A model generated the notes under the pieces. It saw nothing but the letters and a program-made list of their open reading frames with translations. It did not search any database and was not told where the DNA came from. Shown piece by piece: positions 59,248-64,000 of a stretch of DNA of 64,000 nt. Both the position numbers and the translations under genes were made by a program. Location of the stretch: contig CACGUZ010000004.1 in the NCBI GenBank assembly GCA_902576375.1, positions 4,401-68,400 on the forward strand. The letters are read 5' to 3'. Position 1 is the stretch's first letter. Every line of letters begins with the position of its first letter. This DNA is from an uncultured Pelagibacteraceae bacterium. GTDB lineage: Bacteria > Pseudomonadota > Alphaproteobacteria > Pelagibacterales > Pelagibacteraceae.

Positions 59248-60191
59248 TGCCTTTAAGAAAAGAATTAATTAATGAAATTATCACTGTAACTTCAAAAGCA
59301 GCAATTTCTTGTCACAAATTTATTGGTAAAAATAAAAAAAATGATACTGACAAAGCTGCTACAGACACAATGAGAAATGAAATAAATAAAATACCTGTCA
59401 ATGCTGAAATTGTTATAGGGGAAGGTGAACTTGATAAAGCACCAATGTTATATATAGGTGAAAAGTTAGGCTCTGGTGGAAATTTGGATTTAGATATAGC
59501 AGTGGATCCAGTAGAGGGAACAAATTTTGTTGCAAAAAATCTTCCTGGAGCATTATCAGTTATATCTGTTGCTGAAAAAGGAAATCTTTTTAATGCACCT
59601 GAAACTTACATGGATAAAATTGCAGTTTCAAATAAAGTTCCTTATGAAGCAACTGATTTAGATTTTTCATTAGAAAAAAATATTAAGAATATAGCCGATT
59701 CATTAAATAAAGATTTTAAAGATATTACTGCTTGTGTATTAGATCGACCTAGACATAAGAAAATAATTGATAAATTAAAAGAAATGAATGTAAAAATGAA
59801 ATTAATTTCGGATGGGGATGTATCTGGAGCATTAATGGTAACTGATGATAAATATGATGTTGATATTTTTTTAGGTATTGGAGGGGGACCTGAAGGAGTT
59901 TTAGCTGCCTCAGCAATTGATGCATATAAATGTAAATTTCAGGGAAGATTTATTTTTGATAATGATAAAGATATAGCAAGAGCTAAGCGAATGGGTATAA
60001 AAGATTTGAATAAAAAATATGATTTAAATGAAATTATAAAAGGTGATTCAATTTTTTGTGCTACAGGTATTACTTCTGGTGATTTAGTGAAAGGTATAAA
60101 TCTCAAAGATAATAATTATGTTACTGAAACCCTAGTAACACATAAAAGCTCAAATACATGCAAAATTGTTATGAGAGAAGACACTATATAA
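59247..60191 (+). CDS. glpX: Fructose-1,6-bisphosphatase class II (GlpX)
   Basis: GTG start in a TAGTG overlap. …DIAVDPVEGTN… and GIGGGPEGVLAA motifs. Confidence 0.9.
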   Translation: MPLRKELINEIITVTSKAAISCHKFIGKNKKNDTDKAATDTMRNEINKIPVNAEIVIGEGELDKAPMLYIGEKLGSGGNLDLDIAVDPVEGTNFVAKNLPGALSVISVAEKGNLFNAPETYMDKIAVSNKVPYEATDLDFSLEKNIKNIADSLNKDFKDITACVLDRPRHKKIIDKLKEMNVKMKLISDGDVSGALMVTDDKYDVDIFLGIGGGPEGVLAASAIDAYKCKFQGRFIFDNDKDIARAKRMGIKDLNKKYDLNEIIKGDSIFCATGITSGDLVKGINLKDNNYVTETLVTHKSSNTCKIVMREDTI

Positions 60192-60232
60192 ACTTGATAA
60201 ATATTATTTTTTACAATAAAAGATCCAAATTT

Positions 60233-60307
60233 GGTCCCTTCGTCTATCGGTTAGGACACGTGGTTTTCATCCTCGAAAGAGGGGTTCGATTCCCCTAGGG
60301 ACCGCCA
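60233..60307 (+). tRNA. tRNA-Glu (anticodon TTC), CCA encoded
   Basis: GGTCCCT / GTCT-ATCGGTTA-GGAC / CGTGG-TTTTCAT-CCTCG (one T.T mismatch) / AGGGG-TTCGATT-CCCCT / AGGGACC-G-CCA. Confidence 0.9.
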
Positions 60308-60310
60308 ATA

Positions 60311-60562
60311 ATGCCTTTTTTTGTTTACCTTATTGTTTCAAATCTTAAAAAAAACAAAAAAATCTCATATGTTGGTTATACAAATAACCTAAAGAAAAGA
60401 CTAAGTTTACATAATTCAGGAAAAGGAGCAAAATTTACTAGGGGTAAAAAATGGAAGCTAGTTTACTATAAGAAATATGATTCGAGAGCTATTGCTATGA
60501 AAAATGAATTTCTTTTAAAAAAAAATTATATACTTAGAAAAAAACTTAAGACAAATAAATGA
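60311..60562 (+). CDS. GIY-YIG nuclease-family small protein (YhbQ/UPF0213-like)
   Basis: 83 aa. FVYLIV…SYVGYTNNLKKRLSLHNSGKGAKFTRG motif. The ATG is 3 nt after the tRNA-Glu CCA. Confidence 0.8.
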   Translation: MPFFVYLIVSNLKKNKKISYVGYTNNLKKRLSLHNSGKGAKFTRGKKWKLVYYKKYDSRAIAMKNEFLLKKNYILRKKLKTNK

Positions 60563-62688
60563 AAATATCAATTTTATTGCCGTTAAAAGAGAATTTTTCA
60601 CCTTCTTATGCCGGAGCTGTATCTTTATTTATAAATGATACATTAAAACTTAGTAAATTTAGAAAAGATATAACTGTTTTTGGCCATACAGAATATAAAA
60701 AAAAATTTGATCAAAAATATTATAATATACTTATTAAAAAAAATTTTTTTTCAAGCCAAAATAAAGAATATGTAAAAAAATTTATTGAAATTGAAAAAAA
60801 AAATAATTCTCAAATTATAGAACTTCACAATAGACCAATTTACTTAAAATATCTTGTCAACGATTTAAATGAAAAAGATTATATATTGTATTTTCATAAT
60901 GACCCTTTAACAATGTCTGGTTCTAAGAGCATCAAAGAAAGATCATTTTTATTAAATAATTGTTACAGAATAGTTTTTAACAGTAACTGGTCAAAAAAAC
61001 GATTTTTGCAAAAAATGAAGTCTGATGCAATTAATAGTGAAAAATTGATAGTGATAAACCAGTCAGCCTCAAAAAATAAAATTAATTTTAAGAATAAAAA
61101 AAAATTGATTACTTTTGTTGGAAAACTTAATAGATCCAAAGGTTATGATCTTTTTGGTAATGCGGTAATAAGAATTCTAAAAAGATATAAAGATTGGTCT
61201 GCATATGTTGTTGGAGACGAACCAAGAGATAAACTTAATTTTAAACATAGTCGACTTAAAAATTTTGGGTTTAAAGAACATAAAGAAGTTATAAAGATTT
61301 ATAAAAAAACTAGTATAGCAGTTGTATGTTCTAGATGGGATGAACCTTTTGGTAGAACAAGTTTAGAAGCTGCAGCAAATGGATGTGCAGTTATTATAAG
61401 TAATAGGGGAGGTTTACCTGAAACAATTACCAATGGTCGAATACTTAAAAATCTGACTGTTAATGATATTTATAAAAATATTGAAGATTTAATTAAAGAT
61501 TCATCAATTAGAAAAAAATATCAAAGATTGTCTTACAAAAATTTTTATTTATCTCATAAATTTGTTTCTGATGAAATAGATAAAGTTAGAAGTAATTTAA
61601 TTAAAATAAGCAAACCATTTTTGTCTAATTTACAATCAAATTTAAGAATATTACACATTACTAATTTTAATGAGAGGCATAACGGTAGACTTTTCTTTAA
61701 TACTGGCAGAAGACTGAATAACGGTTTCATTAGACTTGGACATAGCGTTTTAGAATTTAGTGACAGAGATATTGTAAGTAGAGGAAAATCTCTAAAAGAT
61801 TTTTATGGATCTGATACATTAAATGATAAATTAATTAAAACTTGTTATCATTTTAAACCAGATCTAATTGTTTTGGGACATGCAGATATGATATCGAAAG
61901 ATATTTTATATAATCTTAAAAAGGATTATTCTAATTTAAAAATAGCTCAATGGTTTCTCGATCCGTTGAACAAAAATGGTCCTGATTTTCAGAAAAACAA
62001 AAAACGAATTCTAGATAAATCTGATGTAATAGACTCAAATTTCTTAACTACTTCTCCTGATGCATTGAGCTTTTTATCTAAAAATAAATCAAATTATTTT
62101 ATACCAAATCCATCCGATCAATCGATGGAAACACTTAATAATTTTAGAAAAGATTGCTCCAATGATGTTTTTTTTGCCTTAAGTCATGGAGTACACAGAG
62201 GTCAATTAAAAAACCGATCAACTGATGATAGAGAAAAGTTTATAAAATCTTTAATCAAAAAATGTAAAAATATTAGATTTGACATTTTCGGTATGGATAA
62301 TATTCAACCAATTTGGGCTGATCAATATTTCAAGAATATATCTAATTCAAAAATGGGTCTTAATTTAAGTAGGGGGACACCAATAAAATATTATAGTAGT
62401 GATAGAATTACTCAAATTATAGGTAATGGTTTAGTTACACTGATTGATGAAAAAACTTGTTATGGTGATTTTTTCGATGATACAGAAATGGTCTTTTATA
62501 AGAATGTAACGGATTTATCTGAAAAAATTGAAAAAATTTCAGAGGATGAAAAGTTGAGAAAGAAAATTGGAAAAAAGGGTAAAACTAAATACATGAAATA
62601 CTTTAATTCAACACTTGTGGCTGATTTTATCATTAAAAAAACATATGAAATGAATGGCTCAAAAAAGTTTTTGTGGCATAAACCATAA
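60559..62688 (+). CDS. Two-module glycosyltransferase: N-terminal GT4 plus a C-terminal CgeB-like/GT1-like module
   Basis: 709 aa. The N-terminal half has VGKLNRSKGYDL… and EPFGRTSLEAAANGCAVI (GT4 E-x7-E region). The C-terminal half (RILHITNF…) has a second Rossmann-like GT pattern. Confidence 0.7.
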   Translation: MKISILLPLKENFSPSYAGAVSLFINDTLKLSKFRKDITVFGHTEYKKKFDQKYYNILIKKNFFSSQNKEYVKKFIEIEKKNNSQIIELHNRPIYLKYLVNDLNEKDYILYFHNDPLTMSGSKSIKERSFLLNNCYRIVFNSNWSKKRFLQKMKSDAINSEKLIVINQSASKNKINFKNKKKLITFVGKLNRSKGYDLFGNAVIRILKRYKDWSAYVVGDEPRDKLNFKHSRLKNFGFKEHKEVIKIYKKTSIAVVCSRWDEPFGRTSLEAAANGCAVIISNRGGLPETITNGRILKNLTVNDIYKNIEDLIKDSSIRKKYQRLSYKNFYLSHKFVSDEIDKVRSNLIKISKPFLSNLQSNLRILHITNFNERHNGRLFFNTGRRLNNGFIRLGHSVLEFSDRDIVSRGKSLKDFYGSDTLNDKLIKTCYHFKPDLIVLGHADMISKDILYNLKKDYSNLKIAQWFLDPLNKNGPDFQKNKKRILDKSDVIDSNFLTTSPDALSFLSKNKSNYFIPNPSDQSMETLNNFRKDCSNDVFFALSHGVHRGQLKNRSTDDREKFIKSLIKKCKNIRFDIFGMDNIQPIWADQYFKNISNSKMGLNLSRGTPIKYYSSDRITQIIGNGLVTLIDEKTCYGDFFDDTEMVFYKNVTDLSEKIEKISEDEKLRKKIGKKGKTKYMKYFNSTLVADFIIKKTYEMNGSKKFLWHKP

Positions 62689-62689
62689 A

Positions 62690-63523
62690 ATGATTTCCAT
62701 AGTAATTCCAACTTATAATAATTTAGATTATTTAAAACTTTGTTTAAAAAGTTTAAAGAAAAACTCCTCTTTTAATCATGAAATTATAATTCATATTAAT
62801 GAAGGTTCAGATGGTACATTAGATTTTATTAAAAATAACAGTTACAAACATACGAGCTCAGATAATAATATTGGTCTTTGTTCATCAATCAATAAAGCTG
62901 CAAAATTAGTATCTAATCAATATATTCTTTATAGTCATGATGATATGTATTTTTGTCCTAATTGGGATAAAGTTTTATTAGATGAAGTAAAAAGTTTAAA
63001 TCATGATAATTTCTATCTATCTGGCACTATGATTGAACCTAACTCTGGTCATATAGTTTATGATTTTGGTATTGATCTAGATACTTTTAAAGAAAAAGAA
63101 CTATTATCTAAATATAAGAATATTAATTTTTATGATCATCAAGGCACTCATTTTGCTCCACATTTAGTCTCAAAAAAAATGTGGGATAAAGTAGGCGGTT
63201 TCAGCGAAGAATTTAACCCTGGTATAGGTTCTGATCCAGATTTTAATATGAAATTATGGAAAGAAGGTGTGAGGATATTCAAAGGTTTAAATGATTTTAA
63301 AGTTTATCATTTTGGTTCTTTAACAACTAGAAATAAAAAAAATTTTATCCAAAATAGAGGAGATAAAACATTTTTAAAAAAATGGGGTTTTTCTACTAAA
63401 TTTTTTAAGAAATATTATTTAAAATCTAAAACTAAATATGAAGGTCCTTTAAATGAACCAAAAAAAACTTTTAATTATTTCTTAGATTTACTAATTTGTA
63501 AAATAAGATTATTTCTCACATAA
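62690..63523 (+). CDS. Glycosyltransferase family 2
   Basis: MISIVIPTYNN and the YSHDDMYF (DxD-like) motif. I prefer the ATG at 62690 over 62654. Confidence 0.8.
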   Translation: MISIVIPTYNNLDYLKLCLKSLKKNSSFNHEIIIHINEGSDGTLDFIKNNSYKHTSSDNNIGLCSSINKAAKLVSNQYILYSHDDMYFCPNWDKVLLDEVKSLNHDNFYLSGTMIEPNSGHIVYDFGIDLDTFKEKELLSKYKNINFYDHQGTHFAPHLVSKKMWDKVGGFSEEFNPGIGSDPDFNMKLWKEGVRIFKGLNDFKVYHFGSLTTRNKKNFIQNRGDKTFLKKWGFSTKFFKKYYLKSKTKYEGPLNEPKKTFNYFLDLLICKIRLFLT

Positions 63524-63529
63524 AATTTC

Positions 63530-64000
63530 ATGTTTAAACTTATTGATAAATTAAGTATCTTAAAAAAAAAAATTTATTCTCCCAAAAAAAGTTACTCTTT
63601 TGGAGGATGCGATTTACTAATTGATTATATTTTCAAATTTAAAAAAAGAGGATTTTACTTAGATGTGGGTTGTCAACATCCAGTATCTAATAACAACACA
63701 TATTTACTTTATAAAAAAGGTTGGAACGGAATAAATATTGATTTAGACCCCAAAAATATAAGATTATTTAATTTAGAAAGACCAAATGAAATCAATATTT
63801 GTAAATGTGTATCATCTAATAATTCTAAAAAGGATCTATTTTTTTTTCACCCTGGATCACCAATTAACTCATTAGAAAAAAAAACTATCAAAAATAAATC
63901 AAATTTTTCTTTAAAAAAGATCAAGACATTCACGCTTAACTCAATTTTAGAAGAACATAAAATACGAAATATAGACTATTTCAATTTAGATGTTGAAGGA
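63530..64000 (+). CDS. FkbM-family SAM-dependent methyltransferase, 5' part (runs off the window)
   Basis: My translation is MFKLIDKLSILKKKIYSPKK…GFYLDVGCQHPVSNNNTYLLYKKGWNGINIDLDP…IDYFNLDVEG. The frame stays open to base 64000. Confidence 0.7.
   Translation, partial: MFKLIDKLSILKKKIYSPKKSYSFGGCDLLIDYIFKFKKRGFYLDVGCQHPVSNNNTYLLYKKGWNGINIDLDPKNIRLFNLERPNEINICKCVSSNNSKKDLFFFHPGSPINSLEKKTIKNKSNFSLKKIKTFTLNSILEEHKIRNIDYFNLDVEG

Overview
This is a very AT-rich, extremely gene-dense alphaproteobacterial chromosome segment. Many neighbouring genes overlap by 1, 4 or 8 nt, and most spacers are under 60 bp. Gene order, codon style and compaction look like a SAR11/Pelagibacterales genome; that assignment comes from reading the sequence, not from a database search. 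I found no rRNA, CRISPR array, transposase, integrase or prophage genes. Four tRNAs are present: Lys-TTT, Ser-TGA, Pro-TGG and Glu-TTC.

Layout:
- 1-13.4 kb: a contiguous phosphorus-stress block. It holds a PlcP-like phosphoesterase and a GT4 lipid glycosyltransferase, phoR, an orphan secreted protein, pstSCAB-phoU-phoB, a SixA-like phosphatase, and ppk-ppx.
- 13.4-19.2 kb: a small lysine-rich protein; a minus-strand string of a 3-TM protein, arsC, an aquaporin and a Nudix gene; two small membrane-protein genes; and zur-znuBC with divergent znuA, which carries a very long His-rich loop.
- 19-60 kb: core housekeeping genes (xthA, erpA, dgt, argS, nagZ, scpAB, tatABC, serS, yajC-secDF, uvrA, ssb, gyrA, coaD, tgt, recG, murein enzymes, tmk, holB, metG, nhaA, glpX and others). 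A TPR/GT41 glycosyltransferase sits after tRNA-Lys.
- 60.3-64 kb: directly after tRNA-Glu come a GIY-YIG protein and the start of a glycosyltransferase/methyltransferase island.

The most interesting unexplained items are:
- the uncharacterised members embedded in the Pho/polyphosphate block (orphan secreted protein, SixA-like gene, Lys-rich mini-protein, Nudix gene);
- the unusual ars-like operon;
- a duplicated 12-bp palindrome between zur and a GlpM-like gene;
- CDSs that start 3-6 nt after tRNA 3' ends.

All functional calls rest on motifs visible in the supplied translations. No HMM or BLAST search and no GC computation was run.
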